A stretch of DNA of 64,000 nt from an uncultured Holdemanella sp. (GCF_934754935.1 NZ_CAKVJB010000008.1:5591-69590); one strand, 5' to 3'. Shown: positions 1 to 9,663, counted from the stretch's first letter. Notes: generated by a model from the sequence alone, not told the origin. Numbers and translations: made by a program.

Positions 1-596
1 TTGTACTTTATGTGGCAATCCCAGTCTCTTTCTGTATTTTTGCGTATGCAGGTCCATTGAATTATACATTGTATTATTCAGAAAATTTAGAGCTATGTAC
101 ATTCGTAGTACAATGGATGGCTTTAGAAGGATTCTTATCTACATTTGCTCCTTTGGTAACGAATTTAATGGTTTCATTGGAATTAAGAAAAAATGTATTA
201 AAGAATCTTGCGATTGGTGTATTGATCAAAGGTGTTTTATTGATTCCATTTGTATGGATCATGGGTATAGCTGGAGCTGTTATTTCAAGTTTATTAGGTA
301 CGGGCTATATTCTTTATAAAAACCTAAAAGAAATTCATGATGTATATCACATTTCTTATCGTAAAACTATGATTATTTCAGTACGCATTTTAGTTGGTTT
401 ACTTGCCTTATGGATTGCTTCGCTTTTATTATCAAAATTAGGATTGTATGGAGTTGAAGGTTCAAAACTAGTATGTTTGTTCAAGATGTGTTTAAATGGT
501 TTATTAAGTGTAATTGTATATGTGGTTGTCACTTTATATTTAAAGGTTCCACAAAGTATTTTTCACTTTCAGTTAAGAAAGAAATCAGGTGTATAA
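1..596 (+). CDS. C-terminal part of a polysaccharide-biosynthesis/MurJ(YtgP)-like flippase (5' end outside window)
   Basis: Multi-TM hydrophobic ORF open from the window edge; 'LLIPFVWIMGIAGAVISS' resembles MOP-family C-termini. Confidence 0.6.
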   Translation, partial: VLYVAIPVSFCIFAYAGPLNYTLYYSENLELCTFVVQWMALEGFLSTFAPLVTNLMVSLELRKNVLKNLAIGVLIKGVLLIPFVWIMGIAGAVISSLLGTGYILYKNLKEIHDVYHISYRKTMIISVRILVGLLALWIASLLLSKLGLYGVEGSKLVCLFKMCLNGLLSVIVYVVVTLYLKVPQSIFHFQLRKKSGV

Positions 597-597
597 A

Positions 598-2445
598 ATG
601 TATGATGTTATAGTAATTGGAGCTGGACATGCAGGAATTGAAGCGTGTTTGGCATCGAGTCGAATGAATAAGAAAACGGCAATTGTCACACTAAGTAAAG
701 ATATGATTGGTTCTATGCCATGTAATCCTAGTGTTGGTGGACCGGCTAAAGGAATTGTTGTACGTGAAATTGATGCGTTGGGTGGTATGATGCCTATTGC
801 GGCGGATAGAACAGCTTTACAATTTAAAATGTTGAATACGACAAAAGGTCCTGGAGTATGGAGCTTGCGTGTTCAAAGTGATAAGATTGCGTACAAGCGT
901 TTTATGAAAAAGGCTTTAGAAGAACAAGAAAACTTAGATATTATTGAAGCTGCATGTAAGAGTGTAGTGATTAAAGATAAAAAAGCCATTGGTGTTGAAT
1001 TAGAAGATGGTACTTTTGTAGAAAGTAAAGCCGTTGTCTTGACAGCGGGTACATATATGACAAGTAATGTCTTAAGAGGACATACTTCAACTGTTTCTGG
1101 TCCGGAAGAACAAAGAACAGTAAATACCTTATCTCAGTCTTTGCGTGATGCAGGGATTCGTACATTCCGCTTGAAAACGGGAACACCGGCTCGTGTAAAA
1201 ATGGATACGATTGATTTTTCTAAGGCGGAACCTCAACCTGGGACAAATCAGTTCTTGCGTTTTAGTGAGACAACAAAAACAGAAGATGTATTGCCTTTTG
1301 AAAAACAAGAAATATGTCATTTGATTTATACGCAACCAAAAACGCATGAAATTATTCATACACATTTACATGATTCAGCCATGTATTCAGGATTGGTTAA
1401 AGGTGTAGGACCTCGTTATTGTCCAAGTATTGAGGATAAATTAGTTCGCTTTGCGGATAAGGAAAGACATCAACTTTTCTTAGAACCCGAATCTAAAGAA
1501 TTGGATACGATTTATATTCAAGGTTTTTCCACTTCAATGCCAATTGATGTACAAGAAGAAATGGTTCATTCATTACCTGGTTTAGAGCATTGTGTGATTG
1601 AAAAATATGCGTATGCGATTGAATATGATGCGATCGATCCACTTCAAATGAAACCGAATATGGAGAGTAAAATTGTCGAAAACTTATTTACGGCAGGACA
1701 AGTCAATGGTACAAGTGGTTATGAAGAAGCAGCTGGTCAAGGTTTAATGGCTGGTGCAAATGCAGCTTTAAAAGTTGATGGAAAAGAACCATTTGTCCTT
1801 CGTCGTGATGAAGCCTATATTGGTGTTATGTTAGATGATTTATGTACAAAAGGTACGAAAGAGCCTTATCGTTTGTTGACTTCACGTGCTGAATATCGTT
1901 TGTTGTTGCGTCATGATAATGCGGACCAACGCTTACTTGAAAAAGGATATGAGATAGGTTTGGTTTCACAAGAAAGATATGATGCGTTTAAAAAGAAAAT
2001 GGAAGCTGTAGAAGTAGCTGGAGAAGAACTTTCAAATGCACATATTAAACCAAATAGTGATGTGAATGAATATCTACAAACATTAGGTTTTGAACCATTA
2101 GCACATGGATGTAGTGCATTGGATTTGATCAAGCGTCCTAAAATTACGGTTCGTGGATTGGCAAAATATACTGGATTAGACTATGAGGATCAAATTAATG
2201 AGCAGATTGAAATTCAAACTAAGTATGCTGGTTATATTGCCAAGGCAAAGCGTGATGCCAAACATCTGCAACAAATGGAAAAGATGAAACTTCCTCAAAA
2301 CTTAGATTATGAAAATATGGATAATCTTTCTTTAGAGGCGAGACAGAAATTAACAGAGATTCGTCCTTTGACTTTAGGACAGGCAAGTCGTATTTCGGGT
2401 ATAAATCCGAGTGATATAGCGATTTTAGCTATGCGTGTGAAATAA
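598..2445 (+). CDS. mnmG: tRNA uridine-5-carboxymethylaminomethyl modification enzyme MnmG (GidA)
   Basis: DVIVIGAGHAG FAD motif, MPCNPSVGG, LKTGTP, GPRYCPSIEDK, GQVNGTSGYEEAAGQG. Confidence 0.97.
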   Translation: MYDVIVIGAGHAGIEACLASSRMNKKTAIVTLSKDMIGSMPCNPSVGGPAKGIVVREIDALGGMMPIAADRTALQFKMLNTTKGPGVWSLRVQSDKIAYKRFMKKALEEQENLDIIEAACKSVVIKDKKAIGVELEDGTFVESKAVVLTAGTYMTSNVLRGHTSTVSGPEEQRTVNTLSQSLRDAGIRTFRLKTGTPARVKMDTIDFSKAEPQPGTNQFLRFSETTKTEDVLPFEKQEICHLIYTQPKTHEIIHTHLHDSAMYSGLVKGVGPRYCPSIEDKLVRFADKERHQLFLEPESKELDTIYIQGFSTSMPIDVQEEMVHSLPGLEHCVIEKYAYAIEYDAIDPLQMKPNMESKIVENLFTAGQVNGTSGYEEAAGQGLMAGANAALKVDGKEPFVLRRDEAYIGVMLDDLCTKGTKEPYRLLTSRAEYRLLLRHDNADQRLLEKGYEIGLVSQERYDAFKKKMEAVEVAGEELSNAHIKPNSDVNEYLQTLGFEPLAHGCSALDLIKRPKITVRGLAKYTGLDYEDQINEQIEIQTKYAGYIAKAKRDAKHLQQMEKMKLPQNLDYENMDNLSLEARQKLTEIRPLTLGQASRISGINPSDIAILAMRVK

Positions 2446-2498
2446 TTTTCATTGAATTCGCTTTCAAAAGTATGCTATATTAAAAAGGGGATTTATTT

Positions 2499-2792
2499 AT
2501 GAAAGGAAGACGAAAAAAAGTTCAACTTGTATTTGTATATGTTATAATGCTTGGAATGTCTGCATTTTTAATTGTAGGTGGAATGCGCCAATTGGCCATG
2601 ACTCATGAGTTAAGGACAAGCATTAGTCAAAAGCAGAAAGAGAAAAATGCTTTGTCTTCAAAGAAAAAAGAATTAGAGAAGGCAAAACAAAATCTTACAA
2701 ATCCAGATTATGTTGAATATATTGCGCGTGGAAAATACTTAGTGACAAAAGAGGGGGAGCAAGTATTTAAATTTCCAAGTAAAGACAACTAG
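2499..2792 (+). CDS. Septum formation initiator (FtsB/DivIC family)
   Basis: Basic N-terminus, one TM, coiled coil, 'DYVEYIARGKYLVTKEGE' DivIC-like tail. Confidence 0.8.
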   Translation: MKGRRKKVQLVFVYVIMLGMSAFLIVGGMRQLAMTHELRTSISQKQKEKNALSSKKKELEKAKQNLTNPDYVEYIARGKYLVTKEGEQVFKFPSKDN

Positions 2793-2814
2793 GCCGTTGT
2801 GGTCTAGTTTTTTT
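2787..2814 (+). terminator. Intrinsic terminator after divIC-like gene
   Basis: AACTAGGCC-gttgt-GGTCTAGTT followed by T run. Confidence 0.75.
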
Positions 2815-2856
2815 GTGCAAAATAAAAAAAGTGCCAAAGCACTTTTATTACCTAGA

Positions 2857-2942
2857 TGGTGAGGCCGATGCGATTTGAACGCACACGAGCATTACTCACT
2901 ACCCCCTCAAAGTAGCGTGTCTACCAATTCCACCACGGCCTC
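2857..2942 (-). tRNA. tRNA-Leu (anticodon GAG)
   Basis: Minus strand GAGGCCG...TGGAATTGGTAGACAC, CTACT-TTGAGGG-GGTAG anticodon arm, long variable arm, GTTCAAATC T-loop, ends CGGCCTCACCA. Confidence 0.95.
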
Positions 2943-2956
2943 ATAGTGTTAAAATA

Positions 2957-4252
2957 TTACACTATTTTTGTAAGCTTGGCAACACATTCAAGTCCGATAG
3001 TTTGACAAAACATGTCAACGGGTTGTACGTATTCGCATTGATATCCATATTCTTTAAATATTTTTAAATCTCTTGATAATGTTTTAGGATTACAAGAAAC
3101 ATATACGATTTTATCAGGTTGCATTGTCACTGTGTCTTTAATACCATTTTCAGTCATGCCTTTTCTTGGTGGATCAATAAAAATAACATCAATTTTATCC
3201 TCTTTATGATTATGCGCAAAATCTGTGGCATCCTGGCAAACGTAGTGACAATGATCAAGATGATTCATTTTGGTATTGTCATTGGCATTATCTACAGCTT
3301 CTTTAACGATTTCAACACCAATTACACTTTTGGCATGTTGACTGACAGCCATTCCAATGGTTCCAGTACCAGCATACATGTCAATGCATGTTTCATTTCC
3401 AGAAAGATTAGCGGCTTTAATGGCTTGGCTATATAGAACTTCCATTTGTTTAGGATTGACTTGAAAGAAAGCTTTAAAATGTAATTTTACTTTATTACCT
3501 AAACATTCTTCAATTATATAGTCATTTCCATATAATACTTTATATGTATTGCCTAAGATCACATTGTCATTTCGTGTGTTGTAGTTAAATACAATACTTG
3601 TGATATTTGAGAATGTGTTTTTTAATTGGTCAGATAAGGATGAAATATTCTTTTCACTTTTACCAATAAATACCACTTGAATTTCATCTGTACTAGAATG
3701 ACGGATAAATACGTGTCTTAAATCTTGGGCCATTTCAAGCGTGATCTGTTTTTGGATAAAACGAAATACTTCATTGATTATATGATCTTGAATCTTACAC
3801 TCTTTGCATGTGACTACATCGTTTGAGTGTTGACGATAAAATCCCATTTGTACTTTTCCATCTTTTATTTTAACTGGAAATTGGGCCTTATTACGATAAT
3901 ACCAAGGAAAATCCATACCTAGAATGGGTTTAACTTCTATGTCTTCAAATAATTTTTTAACATGTTTATATTTATAGTCTAATTGATATCCATAGTTCAT
4001 GTGTTGTAGTTGACATCCGCCGCATGTTTTTGCGACTTCACAAGTTAATTCTTGGCGGTTTATACTTGGTTCTAAAAGTTGTGTAATGATGCCAAAGGCA
4101 TATTTTTTATTGACTTTAACAATCTTAATTTTTGCCTTTTCACCAATCAATAAGTTAGGAACAAAGACAACCATATCGTCAATTTTAACAACGCCACTAT
4201 TTAAATCTGTATCATCGATACATGTTACTATATATTCTTCATTTTTTTTCAT
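2957..4252 (-). CDS. rlmD: 23S rRNA (uracil-C5)-methyltransferase RlmD/RumA
   Basis: TRAM N-terminus, CGGCQLQH Fe-S motif, FFQVN, DMYAGTG, IDPPRKG, YVSCNP. Confidence 0.92.
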   Translation of the reverse strand: MKKNEEYIVTCIDDTDLNSGVVKIDDMVVFVPNLLIGEKAKIKIVKVNKKYAFGIITQLLEPSINRQELTCEVAKTCGGCQLQHMNYGYQLDYKYKHVKKLFEDIEVKPILGMDFPWYYRNKAQFPVKIKDGKVQMGFYRQHSNDVVTCKECKIQDHIINEVFRFIQKQITLEMAQDLRHVFIRHSSTDEIQVVFIGKSEKNISSLSDQLKNTFSNITSIVFNYNTRNDNVILGNTYKVLYGNDYIIEECLGNKVKLHFKAFFQVNPKQMEVLYSQAIKAANLSGNETCIDMYAGTGTIGMAVSQHAKSVIGVEIVKEAVDNANDNTKMNHLDHCHYVCQDATDFAHNHKEDKIDVIFIDPPRKGMTENGIKDTVTMQPDKIVYVSCNPKTLSRDLKIFKEYGYQCEYVQPVDMFCQTIGLECVAKLTKIV

Positions 4253-4260
4253 ACATAAGT

Positions 4261-4310
4261 ATGATAACTAAAAAATCTAGAATTGACAAATAGAATTATT
4301 AGAGTAATAT
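4261..4310. promoter_or_regulatory. Overlapping divergent sigma-A promoters for rlmD (-) and marR-ABC operon (+)
   Basis: Minus: TTGTCA(4289-4284)-17-TATCAT(4266-4261); plus: TTGACA(4283-4288)-16-TAATAT(4305-4310). Confidence 0.6.
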
Positions 4311-4344
4311 ATATAGCGTACTATATAAATGTATAGCGCGCTAT
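4310..4344. promoter_or_regulatory. Two palindromic putative MarR operators
   Basis: TATATAG-CGTA-CTATATA (4310-4327) and perfect ATAGCGCGCTAT (4333-4344) between promoter and marR start. Confidence 0.6.
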
Positions 4345-4353
4345 GAAAATGAG

Positions 4354-4788
4354 GTGAAGACAGTGTGTGACAACAATGATATTGGTTTTTATTTTAGTTT
4401 GATCAAGAAAAAAATGGATAAACATATGAATGAAGGATTAAGAAAGTATGATTTAACGAAGTCTCAACAGGAGGTTTTAGGTTATTTGCATTTTACAGAT
4501 AAGGATCCAGTCATTCAAAAAGATATTGAAGAGCATTTTCATATTTCAAATCCAACGGTTACAGGTATTCTAAATCGTTTAGAACAAAAGGGATTTATTG
4601 AAAGAAAGCTTAATCCGAAAGATAAGCGAGTTCGTGCGATTGTGTTAACACAAAAAGAGCAGGATCTTCATGAGGATGTTGAAAATCAGATTCGTATCAT
4701 GGAATCTAAGTTTGAAAATGCCTTAGGTATAGAGAAGCAAAAGCAATTATTAGAAATTTTAAAGGAGCTTGCTCAAAATTTAGAATAA
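4354..4788 (+). CDS. MarR family transcriptional regulator
   Basis: LTKSQ...ISNPTVTGILNRLEQKGFIER..NPKDKR winged helix. Confidence 0.92.
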   Translation: MKTVCDNNDIGFYFSLIKKKMDKHMNEGLRKYDLTKSQQEVLGYLHFTDKDPVIQKDIEEHFHISNPTVTGILNRLEQKGFIERKLNPKDKRVRAIVLTQKEQDLHEDVENQIRIMESKFENALGIEKQKQLLEILKELAQNLE

Positions 4789-4800
4789 GGGGGTTTTATT

Positions 4801-6531
4801 ATGGTTAAAACTTTATTAAAGGAAGTGAAGGAATATAAGAAGGATACGCTTTTAAGTCCTGTTTATGTTTCAATTGAAGCTATACTTGAAGTCTTGATTC
4901 CTTTTTTGATGGCTTTATTAGTGGATAATGGCATTGAAAAAGGAAAAATGAGTTCAATTTGGTTGTATGGAATTTTAATGTTGGTGGCAGCCTTTGTATC
5001 TTTGTGGGCTGGAGCTAAAAGTGGAAAGCATGCGGCTATCGCATCGAGTGGTTTTGCGAAGAATTTGAGGAAGGCAGAATATCGTAATATTCAAAACTTT
5101 TCCTTTTCAAATATTGATGCCTATTCAACGAGTGGATTGATCACTCGTATGATGACGGATGTGACAAATATTCAAAATGCATATCAGATGATTATTCGTG
5201 TTTGTGTTCGTGCACCATTGATGCTGATTGCATCATTAATCATGGCTTTTATTATTAATAAACAAATGGCAATGATTTTTGTGGGTGTTGTATTTGTTTT
5301 AGGAGTTATTTTATTTGGCATTATTTTTATTGTAAGTCCTATCTTCGGTCGTTTATTTTCTCGTTATGACTTTTTAAATGCGAGTATTCAAGAAAATATT
5401 TTGGGAATTCGTGTTGTGAAATCTTTTGTTCGTAAGGATCATGAAATTGAAAAGTTCCGTAAAGAAAGTGAAACTATTTTTAGCATTCAGGGTAAGGCTG
5501 AAAAAATCTTAGTATTTAACTCGCCTGTTATGCAGCTTTGTATGTATGGCACCATTCTTTTGATTTCATGGTTAGGGGCTCATCAAATTGTGGCTTCAAA
5601 TATGACAACTGGAGAATTGATGTCTTTATTTACATATACAACAAGTATTTTGATGTCATTGATGATGATGAGTATGGTTTTTGTCATGGTGACAATGTCG
5701 ATTGCGAGTGGAAAACGTATTGCCCAAGTATTGAATCAAGAATCAGATCTTACAAGTCCTGAAAATGGAGTACAAACTGTAGAAAATGGAACCATTGATT
5801 TTGAAGATGTTTCATTTCACTATGGTAAGGATGAAGATATTTTAAATCACATTAACTTGCATATTCCTTCAGGTTCAACACTTGGAATTCTTGGCGCAAC
5901 AGGATCTAGTAAATCGAGTTTAGTACAATTGATTCCACGTTTATATGATGTAACTAGTGGTAGCGTGAAAGTAGCTGGAATGGATGTACGTGATTATGAT
6001 TTAAAAGTATTGCGGGATAATGTGGCGATGGTTCTACAAAAGAATGTTTTATTTTCAGGAACAATAAAAGAAAACATGCGTTGGGGAAATCCTAATGCGA
6101 CAGATGAAGAGATTATTGAGGCTTGTAAACTTGCGCAGGCGGATGAATTCATTCAATTGATGCCCAACAAATATGATACGTATATTGAGCAGGGTGGATC
6201 GAATGTTTCGGGTGGACAAAGACAACGTTTGTGTATCGCTAGAGCTATATTAAAGAGTCCTAAAATTTTAATTTTGGATGATTCTACAAGTGCAGTGGAT
6301 ACAAAAACGGATGCCTTGATTCGTCAGGCTTTCTTAGAGAAGATTCCACATATAACTCGAATCATTATTTCGCAGCGTGTTTCAAGTATCCAGGATGCAG
6401 ATCAGATTTTGGTCATCGATGATGGAAAAGTTTCTGGTTTAGGCACGCATGAAGAATTATTAAAATCGAATGCGATGTATAAAGAAACGTTTGAGGCACA
6501 AAATAATGGAGGTGATTTTGATGAACAATAG
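4801..6531 (+). CDS. Heterodimeric ABC exporter, subunit A (TMD+NBD, degenerate site)
   Basis: TMD, GATGSSKS Walker A, VSGGQRQR, ILDDSTS. Confidence 0.92.
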   Translation: MVKTLLKEVKEYKKDTLLSPVYVSIEAILEVLIPFLMALLVDNGIEKGKMSSIWLYGILMLVAAFVSLWAGAKSGKHAAIASSGFAKNLRKAEYRNIQNFSFSNIDAYSTSGLITRMMTDVTNIQNAYQMIIRVCVRAPLMLIASLIMAFIINKQMAMIFVGVVFVLGVILFGIIFIVSPIFGRLFSRYDFLNASIQENILGIRVVKSFVRKDHEIEKFRKESETIFSIQGKAEKILVFNSPVMQLCMYGTILLISWLGAHQIVASNMTTGELMSLFTYTTSILMSLMMMSMVFVMVTMSIASGKRIAQVLNQESDLTSPENGVQTVENGTIDFEDVSFHYGKDEDILNHINLHIPSGSTLGILGATGSSKSSLVQLIPRLYDVTSGSVKVAGMDVRDYDLKVLRDNVAMVLQKNVLFSGTIKENMRWGNPNATDEEIIEACKLAQADEFIQLMPNKYDTYIEQGGSNVSGGQRQRLCIARAILKSPKILILDDSTSAVDTKTDALIRQAFLEKIPHITRIIISQRVSSIQDADQILVIDDGKVSGLGTHEELLKSNAMYKETFEAQNNGGDFDEQ

Positions 6532-8344
6532 AAGTACGAATAGTTTAAAGCGTGTTATTAAAGAAACCATAACTGCTTATAAGATTGAAAGCTTTATTGT
6601 ACTAGTATTGATTGTTGTTTCAAGTATCGCCAATGTATATGGAAGCATGTTTCTAAAAAACTTGATTGATGATTATATTGTTCCATTATTATCACAGAAA
6701 GTACCGAATTATACACCTTTATTGAATGCGTTAATGGAATTAGCGATGATTTATGGAGTTGGTATTTTGGCAACTTATGGATTCAATCGTATTATGGTCA
6801 CTATTTCTTTAGGTACTTTAAAACATATTCGTGATGAATTGTTTGAACATATGCAGACGTTGCCATTACGATTCTTTGATACACATGCACATGGGGATAT
6901 CATGTCTGTTTATACAAATGATACGGATACTTTAAGACAGTTGATTTCGCAAAGTATTCCTCAGGTCATTGTATCTTTAATGACGATCATCTCAGTAACA
7001 ATTTCCATGTTTATCTTAAATGTACCATTGGCTATATTAACAATCGCATGTGGTTTATTGATGGTTTATACTTCAAAAAAGATTTCGGCAAAATCAGGTA
7101 AATACTTTATTGAGCAACAAAAACAATTGGGTGTAGAAAATGGTTTTATTGAAGAAATGATGGAAGGTAGTAAAGTCATTAAGGTTTTTACGCATGAAGA
7201 ACAAAGTATTAAAGATTTTGATCAAGTCAATGATGCGTTGTTTGAAGCGAGTGCCAATGCGAACACGTTTGCGAATGTTTTAATGCCAATTGTAATGAAT
7301 ATTGGATATATTTCTTATGTGCTTGTAGCTGTTGTTGGATCTGTCTTTGCGCTAAATCATATTGCTGGATTAACGCTTGGTAGTATTGCGGCATTCTTAC
7401 AGTTAAATCGTAGTTTCACGAATCCAATTGGACAAATTAGTATGCAGTTAAATGCCGTAATTATGGCGGATGCCGGTGCTAAGCGTATTTATGAAATCAT
7501 CGATACAGAAAGTGAAGTGGATGATGGTGTGGTTACTTTAGAACAAATTGATCATGATCATTGGGCTTGGCATCATCCAAGAAAAAATGGTCAAGATGAA
7601 TTGGTTCCTCTTCGTGGGGATGTTCGTTTTGAAAATGTGAACTTCTCTTATAATCCAGATAAACAGATTTTATTTGATGTTTCTCTATTTGCGAAACCAG
7701 GTCAAAAAATTGCGTTTGTAGGAGCTACGGGTGCTGGTAAAACAACAATCACGAATCTAATCAATCGTTTCTATGATATTCAATCGGGTTCCATTACATA
7801 TGATGGTATTGATGTAAAACTAATCAAGAAGGCAGATCTTAGAAAATCATTAGGTATTGTATTGCAGGATACAAATTTGTTTACTGGTACAATTATGGAT
7901 AATATTCGTTATGGTCGATTGGATGCGAGTGATGAAGAGTGTATTGCGGCAAGTAAATTAGCAAATGCACATGAATTTATTAAACACTTAGAACGTGGCT
8001 ATGACACAATGATTCATGCGGGCGGTGAATCTTTATCACAAGGACAAAGACAACTTTTATCCATTGCTCGTGCAGCGGTTGCCAATCCTCCCGTATTGAT
8101 TTTGGACGAAGCTACAAGTTCCATTGATACGCATACTGAGCGTATTGTTCAGGAAGGTATGGATAAGTTGATGGAAGGAAGAACAGTATTTGTGATTGCG
8201 CATAGACTTTCAACAATTCAAAATAGTGATGCGATCATGGTGTTAGAACAAGGTCATATTATTGAGCGTGGTAATCATGAGGACTTGTTGAAACAAAAGG
8301 GTAAATACTATCAATTGTACACAGGTGCTTTTGAGTTAGACTAA
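6521..8344 (+). CDS. Heterodimeric ABC exporter, subunit B
   Basis: GATGAGKT, LSQGQRQ, ILDEATS, IAHRLST; ATG at 6521 after GGAGGTG. Confidence 0.92.
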   Translation: MNNRSTNSLKRVIKETITAYKIESFIVLVLIVVSSIANVYGSMFLKNLIDDYIVPLLSQKVPNYTPLLNALMELAMIYGVGILATYGFNRIMVTISLGTLKHIRDELFEHMQTLPLRFFDTHAHGDIMSVYTNDTDTLRQLISQSIPQVIVSLMTIISVTISMFILNVPLAILTIACGLLMVYTSKKISAKSGKYFIEQQKQLGVENGFIEEMMEGSKVIKVFTHEEQSIKDFDQVNDALFEASANANTFANVLMPIVMNIGYISYVLVAVVGSVFALNHIAGLTLGSIAAFLQLNRSFTNPIGQISMQLNAVIMADAGAKRIYEIIDTESEVDDGVVTLEQIDHDHWAWHHPRKNGQDELVPLRGDVRFENVNFSYNPDKQILFDVSLFAKPGQKIAFVGATGAGKTTITNLINRFYDIQSGSITYDGIDVKLIKKADLRKSLGIVLQDTNLFTGTIMDNIRYGRLDASDEECIAASKLANAHEFIKHLERGYDTMIHAGGESLSQGQRQLLSIARAAVANPPVLILDEATSSIDTHTERIVQEGMDKLMEGRTVFVIAHRLSTIQNSDAIMVLEQGHIIERGNHEDLLKQKGKYYQLYTGAFELD

Positions 8345-8360
8345 ATATTTAATTTTAGGC

Positions 8361-8389
8361 TTGCATATATTTTGATTATGTTATAAAAT
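8361..8389 (+). promoter_or_regulatory. Promoter for tRNA-Arg
   Basis: TTGCAT-17-TAAAAT. Confidence 0.6.
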
Positions 8390-8398
8390 ATATGCGTT

Positions 8399-8475
8399 GT
8401 CGACGTAGCTCAGCCGGATAGAGCATGCGCCTTCTAAGCGCACGGTCGGGGGTTCGAATCCCTCCGTCGACGCCA
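8399..8475 (+). tRNA. tRNA-Arg (anticodon TCT)
   Basis: GTCGACG acceptor stem, TAGCTCAGCCGGATAGAGC D-arm, TGCGC-CTTCTAA-GCGCA anticodon arm, GGTTCGAATCC, CCA end. Confidence 0.96.
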
Positions 8476-8485
8476 TCTAGTGAAT

Positions 8486-8511
8486 AAAGCCTTTATATAA
8501 AGGCTTTTTTT
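8486..8511 (+). terminator. Terminator after tRNA-Arg
   Basis: AAAGCCTTTA-ta-TAAAGGCTTT + T run. Confidence 0.8.
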
Positions 8512-8553
8512 CTGTTTATAGATAGTTTTGAAAACCTTTTTGAAAACCTTTAT

Positions 8554-8585
8554 AAAAAAACAAAGAAACATTATGTCTCTTTGTT
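8554..8585 (-). terminator. Minus-strand terminator hairpin downstream of the CPBP gene; near-identical to hairpins at 61811 and 63552
   Basis: Minus strand AACAAAGAGACATAATGTTTCTTTGTTTTTTT. Confidence 0.75.
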
Positions 8586-8622
8586 GAAAAGGTTTAATCA
8601 AAAATATTGATGTTAAGATTTA

Positions 8623-8639
8623 ATAAATTGGAATTTGTT
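8623..8639 (+). repeat. Left 17-bp inverted repeat flanking CPBP gene
   Basis: ATAAATTGGAATTTGTT; 16/17 match to reverse complement of 9540-9556. Confidence 0.85.
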
Positions 8640-8648
8640 TCTTGATAC

Positions 8649-9491
8649 TTATTGCACTTTTGCTTTTTTCTTAATCATACATATTGCTGCTAAAGTAACT
8701 ATAACATAACCTAATAGTGCAATAATTGATGATTCAATTCCAAATTCTCCACCAGTGAAAACAAAGTCTTTTGAATCAAGTACATATGTCATAACCGAAT
8801 ATTCATCTGCCTTTTCACTTATCGATAAACCGCCGCCAATAATTAAAATATTCCAAAGTGAATGAACAATTCCGCTGTTCCAAACAGAACCACTTTCAAT
8901 AGCAATCATTGAGAACATTATTCCCACCATTGTTCCTGCAATAAGAACCAACAGGCTACTTATAATGGAAAAATCCATTCCTATAATATGTATTAATCCA
9001 AATAAAGCTGATGGAATTAATACAGCTACTTTAATATTCCATTTCTCTTTTAACAGATTTAGAATAACTCCTCGAAAAACCATTTCTTCAACAAAACCAG
9101 CGGCTATGCCTGTAAAAGCAATACCAGCACTCAGTATTGAAAAAATCTGATTACTATTCATTCCAGAAGAAACATACTTTCCAGAAAAGAAAAAAAGATA
9201 AATCGCTATTACTGTCACAGGTAATAATACACCTACAATAATCCATTTAGCTTTAATTGAAAATTTTGGCATTCCCAAATTTTCTATTTTTATTTTAAGT
9301 AGTCTTTTTGAAAATAATTTAATTAAAACAAATGCTAATCCAACATATATAATTCCTGCTATAATATTGCATATACCTTCTGGAATTTTAATCAAAACAA
9401 ACAAACTTGCCACTAACTGAGCTAATAATTGAGCTACTAGCAATACAATGATAGCTCCCAAAGCCCCTCCTATCGTCTTTCTTGTACTCAT
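8649..9491 (-). CDS. CPBP/CAAX (Abi) family intramembrane glutamic endopeptidase
   Basis: EEMVFRG, FGLIH, HSLWN motifs, GGEFGIESS tail; ATG at 9491 after AAAGGAGAG. Confidence 0.92.
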   Translation of the reverse strand: MSTRKTIGGALGAIIVLLVAQLLAQLVASLFVLIKIPEGICNIIAGIIYVGLAFVLIKLFSKRLLKIKIENLGMPKFSIKAKWIIVGVLLPVTVIAIYLFFFSGKYVSSGMNSNQIFSILSAGIAFTGIAAGFVEEMVFRGVILNLLKEKWNIKVAVLIPSALFGLIHIIGMDFSIISSLLVLIAGTMVGIMFSMIAIESGSVWNSGIVHSLWNILIIGGGLSISEKADEYSVMTYVLDSKDFVFTGGEFGIESSIIALLGYVIVTLAAICMIKKKAKVQ

Positions 9492-9539
9492 AAAATGCTC
9501 TCCTTTACCTTCATTATTGCAAAAAATTACTACCAACTT

Positions 9540-9556
9540 AACAAATTCCGATTTAT
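9540..9556 (-). repeat. Right 17-bp inverted repeat flanking CPBP gene
   Basis: AACAAATTCCGATTTAT (reverse complement ATAAATCGGAATTTGTT). Confidence 0.85.
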
Positions 9557-9572
9557 CTATAATTTAAACTTC

Positions 9573-9600
9573 ATTATAATCATGTTGATTGAATTATCAA
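9573..9600 (-). promoter_or_regulatory. Promoter outside the right IR reading into the CPBP gene
   Basis: Minus strand TTGATA(9600-9595)-16-TATAAT(9578-9573). Confidence 0.65.
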
Positions 9601-9663
9601 TAGAAAATTTTATCTGTTTTGTGTGTTTGTGTTAACACAAGGGTTTGTAAAAAGGACTATTAT

